45,910 nt of DNA, taken from Intoshia linei (Eukaryota; Animalia; Orthonectida). The notes under the pieces are model-generated. The model was not told the DNA's origin. It saw nothing but the letters and a program-made list of their open reading frames with translations, and made no database searches. Position 1 is the first letter of the stretch, and each line of letters opens with the position of its first letter. A program made the position numbers and the translations under genes. The stretch covers positions 1 through 45,910 of the forward strand of contig LWCA01000155.1 in NCBI GenBank assembly GCA_001642005.1, written 5' to 3'. This document shows positions 22,129 through 35,545 of this stretch, piece by piece.

Positions 22129-24318
22129 TTAATCATCATCAGAATAAAAAAAATTCAAATGTGACAAAGAATGGCAAACAATGAAACTGAGTCCAAACTC
22201 TTTACTCGATTGTTTTAAATTTTGGAATAATTTGATTTTATAAATGTAATTTAGCAATGACATGTAAGCATGAACTTCTGTAGCAAATTGGATTTTAACG
22301 ATAGAATCAATATTGTGGTCCCTAACAGTATGAATAGAAACCATCATTTGCTCAATAGCATCAATAGTACTAACGTTTGGTAGATGCATATCAATATCAA
22401 TTGAAGAAAGAATAAAAATTAATTTATTAGTTTCAATAAAGTGTATCACTTTATTATTGGCACGTATAATGGTCATGGCTTCTTTCAATCTTGGTTCAGT
22501 CCCTTTTGAAACAGAATAAACCAAAAACCCTAGCAAGGTGTCTTTATTTACAATTCCTTTGGAAAATGACATGTAATCCAATTTAAACATGTCAATGTCA
22601 TCTTTAATTAAATAGGGATACATTTTTTTGACAAAATTTTCAACTTCTGGCAGACAAGATATACTTAGATGATTTAAAATTTCGTTTAAAATTAATATGT
22701 ACCTTAGAGCAAAAATTGAATTTATTCCGGCAAAGTAATTCAAAATTAAATTCAACGGAGTGTAAAAATTGTTTGTGACTTGGTCAATCAATTGATTCAA
22801 AAAAGAGTGCATTACAATACTGACAACTGATTCAAATGAGAACAATTTTATTAAAAATTTTTGTAAAAATTCCAATGGTACAATTTGTTGGCATTTAAAC
22901 TTTAAATGACTCCATTCAAATATATTGAAATAACTGGTAAAATTGACGATAATAAAATTTAACTCATTTTCAGTCATTATTAAAATTTCGTTTGATTTTC
23001 CAATTAAATTTACCAAAGACACCAAAACGGAATCTACATAAACCTTTTTTTCAACAATCCCGTCTAATACATTGTCGACAGTTTTGACTTTGACGGGCTT
23101 GCGTTTCTTGTTGGCTCTGATTTGATTGATATACACAATGGGTCTCGTAATTTTTGCATGTGTAGTGTGTGGTGGTATCTTTAAAATAACTTGACTTTGA
23201 ATTTTGTGTGGACATATAAATGTAATTTCATGACAATAATCGCAAAATTCATTTGTTCCGATAGGTTCATATGATATCCCATTATTGCGTGTAATTTCCA
23301 TTATAGCAGCATACGTGCTAAATTCTGAATCATTAACGAGAAAAAGATTACTCTGAATCTTTTTTTCAGATAAAGCGCTCAATGTAGTCTTTTTAATTTT
23401 AGTTTCAGTGTCTGTTTCGTTTAATTTGTCAATTTCATTTACCTTTAATTTCATGTTGGATTTATGATTATATATCGCAAAAATTTCCGAATTTAAAGGA
23501 ATGAGTTTGTCGATATACTTATAAAATTCATATTGCAATTTTCCTTTTATATCATCTTCATTTATTGGTGATTTGAAAAAATTTTCAAAAAGTGTATACA
23601 TTATTTGTATATATTCAATAATAATTTTGCTTCTAATTTCACGCAATTCCAGGTCGTTTAAATTGCAACATTTTATGTCGTTGAGTAAATTATTCTTTTT
23701 ATTTTTAATCTTCAGTTTTGAATCAGTGTCTTTAAGTTCAATTTCATTGAAAGACTTTTCTAATGATTTAAATGTGTCTTTATATGTAGTTAGATCTGTT
23801 TGATAATTTGTCATATTATTTTTTAAGTCGTCGTTGTAAAAATCAAATTTTTTTAAAATTAACATACACTTTTTATCAATTTTGTTCATTTTTTTTAAAT
23901 TTAAGTCTACAGTAGACACTATTGTTTTATTATTATTTTCAACGTTACTTTTAATTTTATTTATCGTTTCCAATAAAATTTGATTAGAATTTAACACTTT
24001 TTTATAATTTATCAATAACTTTTTATATTCACTTTTTGATTGTGTAAAGTTTTCTTGGAGGTTTTTTATTTCGATGTCTTTTTTCAATAAATTATCCATA
24101 CTTTCGGATTTATCTTTACGCAAGTATAAATTTTTGTATAGTATGTTTGATACTTGGCCATTTAGTAGACAAGTGTGCTTTTCTTTATTGTAGGTGCATT
24201 CGTAAATTGTTTCGTAAATCTTTTTTGCTGTTCCTTTCCTCGTTTTTTGTAAAATTTCTTTTAAGGATTCAAATGCTGCATGTACTTCAGTTTCGTAGTT
24301 CTGTTTTTCAGGGATCAT
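22129..24318 (-). CDS. Uncharacterised 729-aa protein: N-terminal coiled-coil, central CxxC..CPH motif, helical C-terminus
   Basis: 2.2-kb uninterrupted ORF in very AT-rich DNA; heptad-like K/E/N/L-rich region; FCDYCHEITFICPHK. Upstream exons possible. Confidence 0.8.
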   Translation of the reverse strand: MIPEKQNYETEVHAAFESLKEILQKTRKGTAKKIYETIYECTYNKEKHTCLLNGQVSNILYKNLYLRKDKSESMDNLLKKDIEIKNLQENFTQSKSEYKKLLINYKKVLNSNQILLETINKIKSNVENNNKTIVSTVDLNLKKMNKIDKKCMLILKKFDFYNDDLKNNMTNYQTDLTTYKDTFKSLEKSFNEIELKDTDSKLKIKNKKNNLLNDIKCCNLNDLELREIRSKIIIEYIQIMYTLFENFFKSPINEDDIKGKLQYEFYKYIDKLIPLNSEIFAIYNHKSNMKLKVNEIDKLNETDTETKIKKTTLSALSEKKIQSNLFLVNDSEFSTYAAIMEITRNNGISYEPIGTNEFCDYCHEITFICPHKIQSQVILKIPPHTTHAKITRPIVYINQIRANKKRKPVKVKTVDNVLDGIVEKKVYVDSVLVSLVNLIGKSNEILIMTENELNFIIVNFTSYFNIFEWSHLKFKCQQIVPLEFLQKFLIKLFSFESVVSIVMHSFLNQLIDQVTNNFYTPLNLILNYFAGINSIFALRYILILNEILNHLSISCLPEVENFVKKMYPYLIKDDIDMFKLDYMSFSKGIVNKDTLLGFLVYSVSKGTEPRLKEAMTIIRANNKVIHFIETNKLIFILSSIDIDMHLPNVSTIDAIEQMMVSIHTVRDHNIDSIVKIQFATEVHAYMSLLNYIYKIKLFQNLKQSSKEFGLSFIVCHSLSHLNFFYSDDD

Positions 24319-25067
24319 TTTATTTTTTATTAGTTTGTTTTTTGTTTCTATGTTATTTGTTTATTGTCTATTGTTTTTGTAATACATGTATGTATATCAA
24401 AAACCAAAAACTTTGATTTTCTATTAATAATTTTGATGCAAATTTCAAGATACAAAATTGACTATTCTTTAGGATTAATTCATCAAAAGGAAAAATATCA
24501 CTATAATCATTTTAGAGCACACCCTCAACAGTCTTCTTTTTTTTTAAAAAATAAGGCCGTGCACCTATGTAAAGAATTTTTTTGTGATATAATGTAAGCT
24601 TTGTTAGTTTGATTTGCTATGTTAATCAAATTTTAAAAGGAATAGTTATTTACATGCCTAGTGCAGAATTTTCACTTTCCATACGAGTTTGTTGGAATAC
24701 ATGAACGCGAAGGGTGAGTTCAAATCGTAACAAAAATATGTGTAAATGAGGCATTTTAAAATATTGAATTATCTATTAGAGACGGTATTTTTCCTAGATT
24801 CCAGTACTAGTAACGCGTATCTGGTAGTAGCATCTAAATTCCGTATCTAATATGAACAATACAAACAAAGAAAATAAGACTGCTAATATATAAAAATATT
24901 TTAATGTACAGGTTTAAATTTAAAATAAAAAATTTACTTTAACTTTTATTATTAACTTTATTAATTATTAAAATAGATATTGTATTAGTCGTATTGAAAG
25001 ACTTTGAAGGTGATCTTAAAGTTAGGATTAATTGATTGTTATTAGGGTTTATAATAGTCTAGGTTGA

Positions 25068-25950
25068 CTGTTATGTACTACGCACAAACAGCACTTAGCT
25101 CTGCCGAGGGCACATTTTTATTCTATCAAAAAAATAAATTCACGTTGAAAATCTAACTTAAAAATTCCATTATTCACTATTATCAATCCTTTAAAGGAGT
25201 GATTCCCAAACTTGTTTCAGGTGGAACCGTCATATCACATTACTTTTTACTTAAAAGTAAATATTCCATCTTAATTTTTTTTACATTTGCGTAAAGATAT
25301 TTAAAAACAAAACAAAAACAATTGTTATCCCATTTTTTTAATTTATTAGACGGAATGTGTGTGATACACACTGTGTATAATATTAAAAATTATCAAAAAT
25401 AGCATAAATTCCTCAAAAATAAAATTATAAAAACTTATTTTGTTCATTTTCAATGTGATAATGTATATTCAGTACCAATTAATTAATACTTAAAAATATA
25501 AATTATGTATTAATATGTAATAATTAACCGAATATTCACTTTATAAACATATTTCAACCGCATTTTACCAATATTGCAAAGGATTGTAATAAATATAAAA
25601 ATGATATTAACAAAGTTGTATGACTTTTAGTTTCGTTGCTATAGTTTTTATTCAAAATTTTTAGAAAATGATAATTTAAAAATTGCGTAGATTGAAAAAA
25701 ATTTCGAATGAATGAATTATATAGATTTTCACCCATATTTCTTTATTGGAAATGTGTAGACGTTCAATACACACTTTTTTGAAATTGTAGATTTATTTTA
25801 ATCGAAATATTTGAAAAATATTGGTTGATAATATATTCATAATTATATAATATAATAATAGATAACTATTATAATTATATAGCATTTCAAGGTAAAAGTG
25901 AAACTGTTGGCCCTCGACAAAGTTAGGTGCTGTTAGTAAAAAACACTTAC
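25068..25950. mobile_element. Longest copy of family A, non-autonomous element with imperfect terminal inverted repeats
   Basis: aacagcacttagctctgccgagggc (~25088) versus gccctcgacaaagttaggtgctgtt (~25910); interior matches 11870-12470 and 37680-38130. Confidence 0.7.
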
Positions 25951-26124
25951 TATAATATTATTATAATATCTGGATTGTAAAACGGTCGTACCATTATTTA
26001 AAATTCATCCAACTTTAAAAAAATTTACTCAAATTAAATATTTGCTATTTTGAAGTTTAAAAGTAGGTAAACATAAAAAAATATGATAAATATTTATTAT
26101 ACATACAATTTATGATATATGTCC

Positions 26125-29100
26125 TTAATTAATAGACATATCCTTTTTAGAGTCATCAAATGAGGGTATGGCTACAAATTTATTATCTTGCATTATGATA
26201 TTGACCATTTCATAACGATTTTTGATGGAATACATGAGATTTTTTGATATATTTTTGGAACCAATAGATACATCGGGTTTATCTAAACCAGATTCAATAA
26301 ACTGAGCAAGTTCTGATAAGAGATTCATTTTTTCAGGTTCAATATCCTCCTGAGAAATATATTTACCATCATGACAGGATTGACTAATCATTTTGAGATG
26401 AGTTGTCATGTGTACTTTTAAATTTCCTTTAGTAGCAAAATACTTTCCACAAATTAGACACCCGAAAGGACGTTCTCCAGTGTGAATTCTAAAGTGAATT
26501 TGTAGAGCACTGGCACTAGAAAAAATTTTATTGCAAGTTTTACAAATGTGGCGCGGAGACGTTGCTCTTTTTGGTGAACTATTGATTGAATAGTTTTTAT
26601 CATGATCCATACTATAATTTTCAATTTTGAATTTATCCTGTCCCCTTAAATTGTGAGCACAATTTAGAATGGGGATTTCAATTTTATCTGATTTTTCGTC
26701 TTTGAGTTTATTTTTTTTTTCGTTGCTAGCAGTATAACCATATGGAAATGGACTGGATCGTTTAGTGTTTAAATTTTTATCAATTTCATTGGCATGTTCA
26801 TTATTATTCAAATTATTCTCACATTTTTTGGTTAAGGCATTTTCTTTGGATGAAATGGAATAATTGGTTTCTGTACTGGTTGTACTCTGTGGAGAATTTA
26901 TTTGGATACTCTGCGTCATTTTGTTAAAATTTTGTCTCAATTCAAATAAATTTTCTTTAGACAGATCGAGTGGCATAATATTGGATTCTTGATTATTTTC
27001 AATTTTTACGGCTGCATTTTTTTCATTGTTTGCAGTATTCTTCCATTCTTTTAAACCAAATTTTTTAAATTTATCATCCAAGTTGGATTTACCGTTTCCT
27101 TGATGGCCGTTTAAAAGGGAATCGTTTTTACATTTTATAGCAAGGTCAATATTTTTCTTTAAATTGTCGATGGAACAATCAATCTTTTTATTAGTTTGAC
27201 TGTCGTTATAATTAACGGGTTGTAAATCTTGAGTATTGTTGGATACTAAATCACCATTCTTCATATCCACTTGATGAAATTTTGGTATAAATACTGGAGC
27301 AATTTTTTGTTTTTCTAATTTTTCAGAGTTGACTGGTAATTTAAAATTTGGTTTGTTCATTCTTTTAATTAAATTTAAATTTAAATCGTTTTTGTACATT
27401 GTGTCGCATTCTTCATTACTCAATGTGTGACTGTTGCCATTATCCAAAGATTTTATTTGATTTCGATGAGTTCCCAAATGGGACTTTAAATTTCCCTTTG
27501 TGGTGAAACCGTGTAAGCAAATTTTGCATTTGAATGGTCGTTCACCTAAAATATAGAATAGAATAAAAAATATATATTTGAAATACATGTATGTATATTA
27601 AAAGATATTTTTTTCCGGGAATGCGTCGATTTGTAGGTTAAAATTTTACATTTATATCAACTGGAATAAACTGTATTGAAATAATCTTCTTTATTAATTG
27701 TAGGACAGTTAATTATTTCTTATTTTTTGTTTTCATAAAATAGTTTAAAAATAAAAAAAAATATTAAAGTGCTTTTTTGACCGTCAAAGCGTCACTTTGT
27801 CAGATTGAAATTTTTCTGTTTGTTAATTGGATGTAACTGTATCAGCTGTAATTTTCTTAATTTTGTAATTCCATCACTATTTTTATTTTTTTAAATTAGA
27901 GTAATCTGTAGTATTGTTCGTGAAAATGTATTTTTTTGGGTTTGCCCTTTATGATGATGTTTATGATTTTAAAAACTATCTCAGAATTTATGTTGCACCA
28001 AATTTTAGGACGTTTATAAATTAAAAATTAGGGTTATTTAGAAGTTTGGCGGTTAAGATGTACGTTTCTGAAATTCAAATTTGTCATAATGTTCATCCTT
28101 ACTTATATAATATGCTACGCAATATTTGTTTGTGTGTCTGTGTTCCAGTTTAGTTCAATAACTACTTTATAGTATGTATCAGATTGTGTATTTTTTATAA
28201 TTCTAGGACTCGTTTGATTTAAAAAAAGAACAGTTGGGGTTTTTTGCCTTGAAGGATTAAATTTCTGAAAATAAAATTTACGCTATGACGTCACCCTCGC
28301 AAAACTGTAATAGAAATATGGATTTTTTAACACTTGATTTTTCTTACTTTCTTAAATTAAAAAAGAGACATACACTTTTTTGCATTTTTAGCTAGATTAC
28401 TTTATATAAGTAAGGAGAATCAGTGTATAATCTTAAAAATAATGTAATGTTATTAAATTCTTAAACGATTAATTATTTAATATTTTTAATTTTACGATTC
28501 TTTTCATTAATCATTCAATAATTTCAAAAAAAAATAATATATTAAATAGCATATTGATTTTTTGACCGTGAAGGTTTAACTTTGTGATATTTAAATTTCT
28601 CGTAAATGTTAACTGGAAACAGCGTTAGTAGATGTCATTTTTTTGTAAATTCTCAGAGTTATTTTTATTTAAAAAAAAGGTAACTTTGAGTTTTGACCGT
28701 GAATGGGCCAATTTTTGAGATTAAAAAATATCTTACTTTCTATAATTATACAAGGTTAAGACTTGTTGTGGAACGCCGTTTACCCTTGTAAATATAACTC
28801 AATTAATTTTAGTATCTATATTTTGAAATGTTTCCTAAGAAATTTAATTTAAATAGATTAATTTTGTTTTCAATCTGCTGATTATTTACAAAAACTAATA
28901 CTCGATCAAGTAATTTTATATCCAGTTCGAATCTATTCAAACATTTTTGATAAAAATAATAAACAGAATAAATATTCTAAAATCCAACCATTTTTACTAA
29001 AACTCAAAATTTACCAACCCTTTAAAGAAAATTTCACTTTTGCCAAGCCTTTCAGGAGAAATCCAGTTTTACCAACCCTTGAGTCCAAATTCTAATTGTA

Positions 29101-32100
29101 TCTTGTAATTTATTTGATATAGAAATTGGACAATATATAAACGTAAAAATTGTCAAATATTGTATAAATAACCTGTATGTTTTCTATAGTGTATATTGAG
29201 TGCACTGTAACTACTGAGAATTTTATTACATAATTCACATTTGTTTTTATTATCTCTATTATTTTCTAAACAATATTAAAATCAAAAAAAGAAATGTTAC
29301 CTTTAGCATTATATACATAATTTTCATCCTTGGACAAATTATCATTAGAGATAACAGAAGTTTCAGAACTACTAGCACGATTGAGTGGTTTTTTTAAATT
29401 AATACTATCAATAAACAATTTTTTAATAGATTTATCGTATTTGTCATTCATAAAATTTTTTAAAATTGATTCTCCATTATAATTAACATCGAGACCTTTA
29501 AAATTTGTCAACAATTTTGAAAATGCACTGGTCAATTCAGATCTGACATCATCCAAAATTTCAGAAATTTTGAACAACGTCTGGGAAAAATTAATATTTG
29601 TAGAAAAAGGTGAATTTTCAAAATTTTTCCCATGCTTGTTTAGTAGGTTTTGATAAATTTCGGAAAATTTTTCATCGTTTTTACTGTTTTGACTATATTC
29701 GCTTTGTTTTTCACGTATTTTTAATAAATTTACAATCAATTGTATAGCTTCATTTTGACAAAAATTTACATTATAAATGTTAAATATATGATAACAAATT
29801 TTTGTCAATTTACTGGAAAATTGTTTCATTTCGTTATCCACATTTACAGAGTTTATTTTTGACATGTTTGGAAATTTTTCTGAATCAACACTAAAACTAA
29901 GTAAATTTTTGTCCAATGTTTTTGATTTTATTAATACAGAATCTTCATTGTTGAATGACATTTCATTTAATTTCTCGTGTGATTTTTTTAGGTTTATATT
30001 TATTTTAGATTCGTTTTGTTTTAAATATTCTTGTGAATTTTCATCTGTTTGGGAGGGTTCTAAAATTTAACTTTACACTTTTATTAACTTTTACATAAAT
30101 GTATGCATGTACTAAGTCAGTGGTTCCCAAAGTGGTCCACAGGAAATTATAGGTGGTCCACAATAAAAATTTTAAATAACATGAAGATAACCTTTTTTTA
30201 ACAATAATAATAAATTCACCCTTGAGTTGACATTTTAAATTTAACACTCAAATTAGTTGATATTCAAGAATTTTTTTAATGCTCGATTTAATTAATTCAA
30301 GTCTCCATTTTAGAAAAAATTTCGTCGAGATCCTTCTACCGAATGATCTCGCATACGGCACTGGTATTTCGCAATAAGTATGTTTGAAATTAAGAATTTT
30401 TTTAATTACGCCATTTGAAGCTACTTTGTCAAAATTAATGTAAAATTTTTGATTTAAGGAGGAATATATAATAAAAAAATCAAAATATTACCTTAGTGAT
30501 ATGTTAAGAATTAAGGGGATTTTCAAAAAAAATTATGTGTTCCAGACACATTTTTTTTTGTGACAAGTGGTCCATGGTGAAAAAAGTTTGGGAACCACTG
30601 TACTAAGTACTTGGATATTTTTAATTTTATTTTTATGAAATTCATGTTATTTATTTGAAACGGAATCAAACGTTTGTTTTGTATATAAATGACAGATATA
30701 CAGGACAGGATAGTAAGGACAAAAATCCGCTTATAGTGGACGGTATATAACAGTATACAAAAGTGCGTTAAAATTTTAAAGCAAAATAAATATTTTTATA
30801 ATTGTGCGTTTCTATAAAAAATTGTTATAGTAATATAGAATAGTTAAACTAAAAATTGATATAGCATATACAGTGGAATCCGCTAAGAGACGTCCGGTTA
30901 TAGGGGACAAATTGCTTGGTCCCGATACGTCTCTTATAAGCGGATTCCACTGTCCAGTGAAATTTTATGTACTATCACCAGACGTCTGGAATTTATGTTT
31001 TAATTTAAACTTGTATTATTTTTAAATTACCTACAATGTATGTGAAAATGTATGAAAATAAAAGAATAAAGTTTTTCAAAATCATGCTGTGTATATCATA
31101 GAATAGACAGACGTGTGAAGTGAAATTGCTGTGTATAGTATAGAATACTCAGACAGTGAAGGGGTTAACAACCGGGAATTTTTCAGTTGCTATAAAAATT
31201 ATTTAGTAACTAACTAAAGTTGCTTGCCAGTAACTAACAATTTTATAAAAAATATAAATGCTTGGAATGTAAAAGCAATTTGTCATCAACTTGGTTTTAA
31301 TTTAGTCAATTTTTGGTTCCACACTGTGGAGTAAGTTACTGTAACCTCAAAAGAAGAGGGATATAGACAAGAAAAGACTAATTCTTATACCTTCTGTGTT
31401 TCTGAACATTTTTTACTGCGCGGAACCCTTATGAAATTTCATAAAATCGCGGCACCTAAAAGCATAATCAACATTTTTTTTTCGTATGTCGCATATATAA
31501 AACAATTTGATTTTTAATTAAAAAATTACGCTTCTAATATTAAAAACAAATTTTTTAATAAAGAAATTTATTTTTTCTTCTCAATGAGAAATTTTGGCCT
31601 GATATTTTTTACAAAGGGTTTTAATTATTGGAAGTTTTTTTGAGAGACATAAACAAAGTTCTACCGACAGCAGCTTTGCCCGTTTCTTATGCTTAATTGC
31701 TGTCAATGCAGAAAATCCCAATTCACACAAGTAGGATGTTCAAAATTGCATTAGAATTTTTAACATCATTTTTCAGGTTCCCATACTCACAACGTATAAT
31801 ACTATTACCAAAACTTATTTGATTTAAATTTGAGAAATGATGTTGTTTCATTGCATAAACAGTAATTTAGAAAAACTCTAAATTGAAAAATATCGCAGTT
31901 ATATTTTACGGAATTCTTAATCCTCAGTGTTAACTTAACCTTCCTAACAAAATTCTATTTTTAATTCATTATAGGGATGCGCGAACGCAATCCCATCAGC
32001 CATAAATTGTAAGCCCAACAATACACCTTGTGCAGAGTTGTAGGGGTCAATCTGGCGTTGTGCAATGCTAACCTCGCCCTAGTACCGAGGCCCTCTTGTC

Positions 32101-33055
32101 CTCCCCAGTACCGCTCCAGGTAAGTAAATATAATGTTTTGTAAATTGCTTAAATTGAATATTCATACTTTTTAATATAAAAATTATCATAATTTATTCAC
32201 AACAAAACTTTTAATTATGGTTAAAATAACGGATTAAAGTTTAATTTAAACCTGTAAATAATGAGTTTGTTATTTGAGTATTTGGTCCTTGTTGGTTATT
32301 TTATCGAAAAAAATTAATTAATTTGATTTTTTTAAGAAAATAAAATAATTATTAAAATAAAAAAAAGTTCAACTTGATTTATATAAACATTTTGTAAATC
32401 AGATTTCCTAATGTTTTAATTTTTAATCATTGGTCGCTAATTATCCTCCATATACGATAAAATATTGGTAGCTATAACCAATGTAACAATATTTGTATTT
32501 CAAATAATGGATTAAAAAGCATAAACATTGCCTTTTATTAAAGCAAGAATAATTTACAAATACATAATATATTATTAAATTTTCATGTTATTTTTATGTA
32601 ACATTGTTACATTAATACATAATATTTTATTTCACACATTAACATAAATTATAATGTATAATGTATTTGAAAAGTTGAAATATCAAAATTGGATGTAACA
32701 AATTTAAAAAGTAGGTGAATGAATAATGAAATTGTAAATTAAAAGCAAAATTATGAGTGGTAAAGTATACGTACTAAAATTAACCCACTTTTAAAAATTG
32801 TAATATTATATTAATGTCATATTATGCATGTAATGAAATATTTACAAACTTTTTCAACTTAAAAAACGTTTAAATTCATTAAAATACCTTCAAATAAGTA
32901 AAAAAGTTTAAAACCTTTAAAAGTAGCTGTGGTACTAATGAAAAAAATGTAAATAATATAAAAATACCATGAGTTTGATCCGAATGGGAATTTTTTGAAA
33001 TGTGATTTAAATCCATGTCTACTCTTTTAGGTATAGATTGTTTCGATCGAGTCAT
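26125..33055 (-). CDS. sal: Spalt/SALL-family C2H2 zinc-finger transcription factor, 4 exons
   Basis: Exons 33055-32968 ([12 protein letters not shown], akin to MSRRKQxKP), 30059-29301, 29265-29173, 27545-26125, all joined in phase 1. Two double fingers with HTGERPF linkers and SAL boxes FTTKGNLK and FATKGNLK. Confidence 0.9.
27600..28730 (+). repeat. Cluster of family B / Helitron-like repeats in sal intron 3
   Basis: Matches 21570-22051; TCCTTACTTATATAATATGCTACGC at 28096. Confidence 0.6.
30118..30600. mobile_element. hAT (Charlie-like) MITE with intact 8-bp TSD
   Basis: Perfect 14-bp TIR CAGTGGTTCCCAAA/TTTGGGAACCACTG; TSD TACTAAGT at 30110-30117 and 30601-30608. Confidence 0.95.
30871..30951. 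mobile_element. ~80-bp pogo/Tigger-type micro-MITE
   Basis: TA + CAGTGGAATCCGCT...AGCGGATTCCACTG; TIR related to 21536-21560. Confidence 0.8.
31394..31800 (-). mobile_element. hAT/Charlie transposase 3' remnant
   Basis: [29 protein letters not shown]; hAT-like terminus near 31394. Confidence 0.7.
31972..32127 (-). ncRNA. U1: U1 spliceosomal snRNA (divergent)
   Basis: ACUUACCUGG 5' splice-site pairing sequence, stem I GGUACUGGGG/CCUCGGUACU, loop II CAUUGCAC, Sm site AAUUUAUGG, stem IV GGGAUUGCG-UUCG-CGCAUCCC; ~155 nt GC-rich island. Confidence 0.95.
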
Positions 33056-34789
33056 ACGTTTATAATTAAATAATAAAAAATTAATTTTGAAAGGAATACT
33101 ACTAATTATGATTTAAACCTAAAAATTAAAATAAAGATTCATTAACAAGATTTATAAATTACAAAATACATCTTGACTATATCTTTACCAAATAAAAAAT
33201 TGATTAAAAATTTATAATTTTAATACAAAATTAATAAATTTTCATAATAATCAAAAAATGAAATTATGTAAAATTTCAATAAAATAAAAATACAAGACAT
33301 ATTAACTGAATTAAATACAATTTATAAATTTCGCATTTGTTTTCATGTAATATATATTTTAAATAAAGTAATATAATCTAACACATTTATATTCCAATTT
33401 AGACCAAATATTGAGTTTGTCAAATTATATAATATTTATAACTTGCGTATTTAACATTAATTTTTTTAGTTTAATTGTTTAAATATAATGCTGTTTATCT
33501 GAACCTAGAGACTATATTTATGAATACCTTAAATTACAATATAAGAATTAATACATTTTTAAAAATTTAGTACAATATTTTAAATTAATAAAAATACAAT
33601 GTTTATAAATACCTCGTAAATTTTCAAATATGTATTCAAAATTACACACAAATGCCTGACATGAAAAAAATTTTAATCAATCAAATTATTAAAATTTACG
33701 TTATAGTGATATTTACATTTGCATGTTAATAATTTTAACAAGTTTCATTTTCACATATTCAAAATTTTCCAAAATTATAAATTATAAATATTGAAATTTT
33801 TATAAATAGAGAGCCTATGTAAAATTATTGTTTTTACCTAATGCTTGTTTAGCATAATTTATAAAATCAATAAATAATAGTAAATATTAAAATTTTAGTC
33901 ATAATCATGGTTATTACTCTATTCTATAATAATAAGACTGGTAACATTATATTCCATAAAAATATTATATAAAGGAATCAATAATAACAAATTATTATAA
34001 TTTTAAATTATTGACATTATGCATCTAAAAATTTTGTAATCTGTGCACTTTTTTCATTTTAATCAGTATTTTGAATGGATTATAAAGTAGTTTTTAAAAT
34101 TCTGTTTTTATTATATTATTTATTTTTATATTTTAGATAGCATACTAATGTATATTTTTAGAATACATTTATTATACATTTTTAAATATTTACATTTATT
34201 TACTTTTTATTTTCCATATTTCAAAATTTATTTAATAAAATGAGATTAAAATAAATTTAGTCAAAGTGGTTATTAAGTCATTAATTGAAAGCGTTTTGAT
34301 TTGTTGATTGTTGATAACAAAAATATTTTTTCATTAAAATAAATCGTAAGTGAAAGGGGTTTCAGTCAATTCATCAAAAAAAAATTAAATTACAAGTAGT
34401 TGTAACACCATCGATAGAGAAATTCTTGTTTATTCATACATTACTTAAGAATTTTCAAGTATAACCATGTATTTATTCATCTATTTTCTTGAAAGATTAA
34501 ATATTCAATTATTTAACTTATGGAACTGACTATTAATTTATTTATTAACTAACATGTCAGTTTTGTTATTTGAACAAATAATAACTAGCTCTGTGGATTT
34601 GGGATGTTTCCAGATATTAGAAAATTAAATATAAGTACAGTATTTTGGTATTTCCAAAAATATATATACAAAAAATAGTAAAGTGATATTGAAATTTTTT
34701 TTAATTTAAAGCAATAATATAATTGTACTAAAATATGATGACATGTTAACAATTTGGTTCATTTTAAATTTAGAATTTTCAAATTTTAT

Positions 34790-35545
34790 CAAAAAATTTA
34801 TAATATTTAATATTGTATATCTAAACGAAAATTTTAGAAAAAAATTATTTTTGGTGGTTTTTTTACATTTTTTTTAATAATAAGAATTTTAGTTAAAGTT
34901 AAACGAAATTTAAAAAAAAAATATTTTTAGGGGGTAATCTTAAAAATTTTTAAATTCTTAAAAAGAAACAATAAATATCTGTTTAATTTGAATAAAATAT
35001 CAGAAAAAAATTATTTGGGTAAAGAGGAGGGGGAGGGTGTTTTAAATTTTTTTAAATATAAAGAAGTTTGGCTAAATTTAAACAAAATTTCACAAAAATC
35101 TTATTTTTTTTTGGGTTGTATATGTGTTTCTTTAATAATTATCATTAGTGCTTATTTTTTGAAAGCGTTGATAAATTTTTAAATATTTTAATCATCAAAA
35201 ATAATAAACATTGATGTTCAATTTAATTAAAGCGACCAGAATAAAAACGTACTAACAATTTATTCATAATTGTATAATTACTTAGTTACAAAATTGTCAT
35301 TATTTGAAATTTCTTAGTATAATTAATATAACAAACATAGAATTATTCCATGTCAAATTGAATGTGTATTCAATTAACATAATAAACATATTTATATTTA
35401 TAAAATCTTGAAAAAAAATAAAAATTTTGTAAATATTTTAAAATTTAAGAAAAAAAAATTCGTTAGGGATAATCTTAAAAATTTCTAAATTTTTAAAAAG
35501 AATAAGCATTTTTTCTGAATTTAAATGAAATTTCACAAAAAAATA
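34790..35545. repeat. Degenerate ~80-90-bp AT-rich tandem-like repeat
   Basis: Recurrent units ..aa(c/t)gaaattt..aaaaaaa(t)tattt..gg; taggg..taatcttaaaaattt.taaatt.ttaaaaagaa at ~34928 and ~35464. Confidence 0.4.

Noticed and set aside
23573-24597. Plus-strand ORFs of 76-89 aa
   Set aside because: Antisense shadows of, or AT-rich noise next to, the 729-aa ORF.
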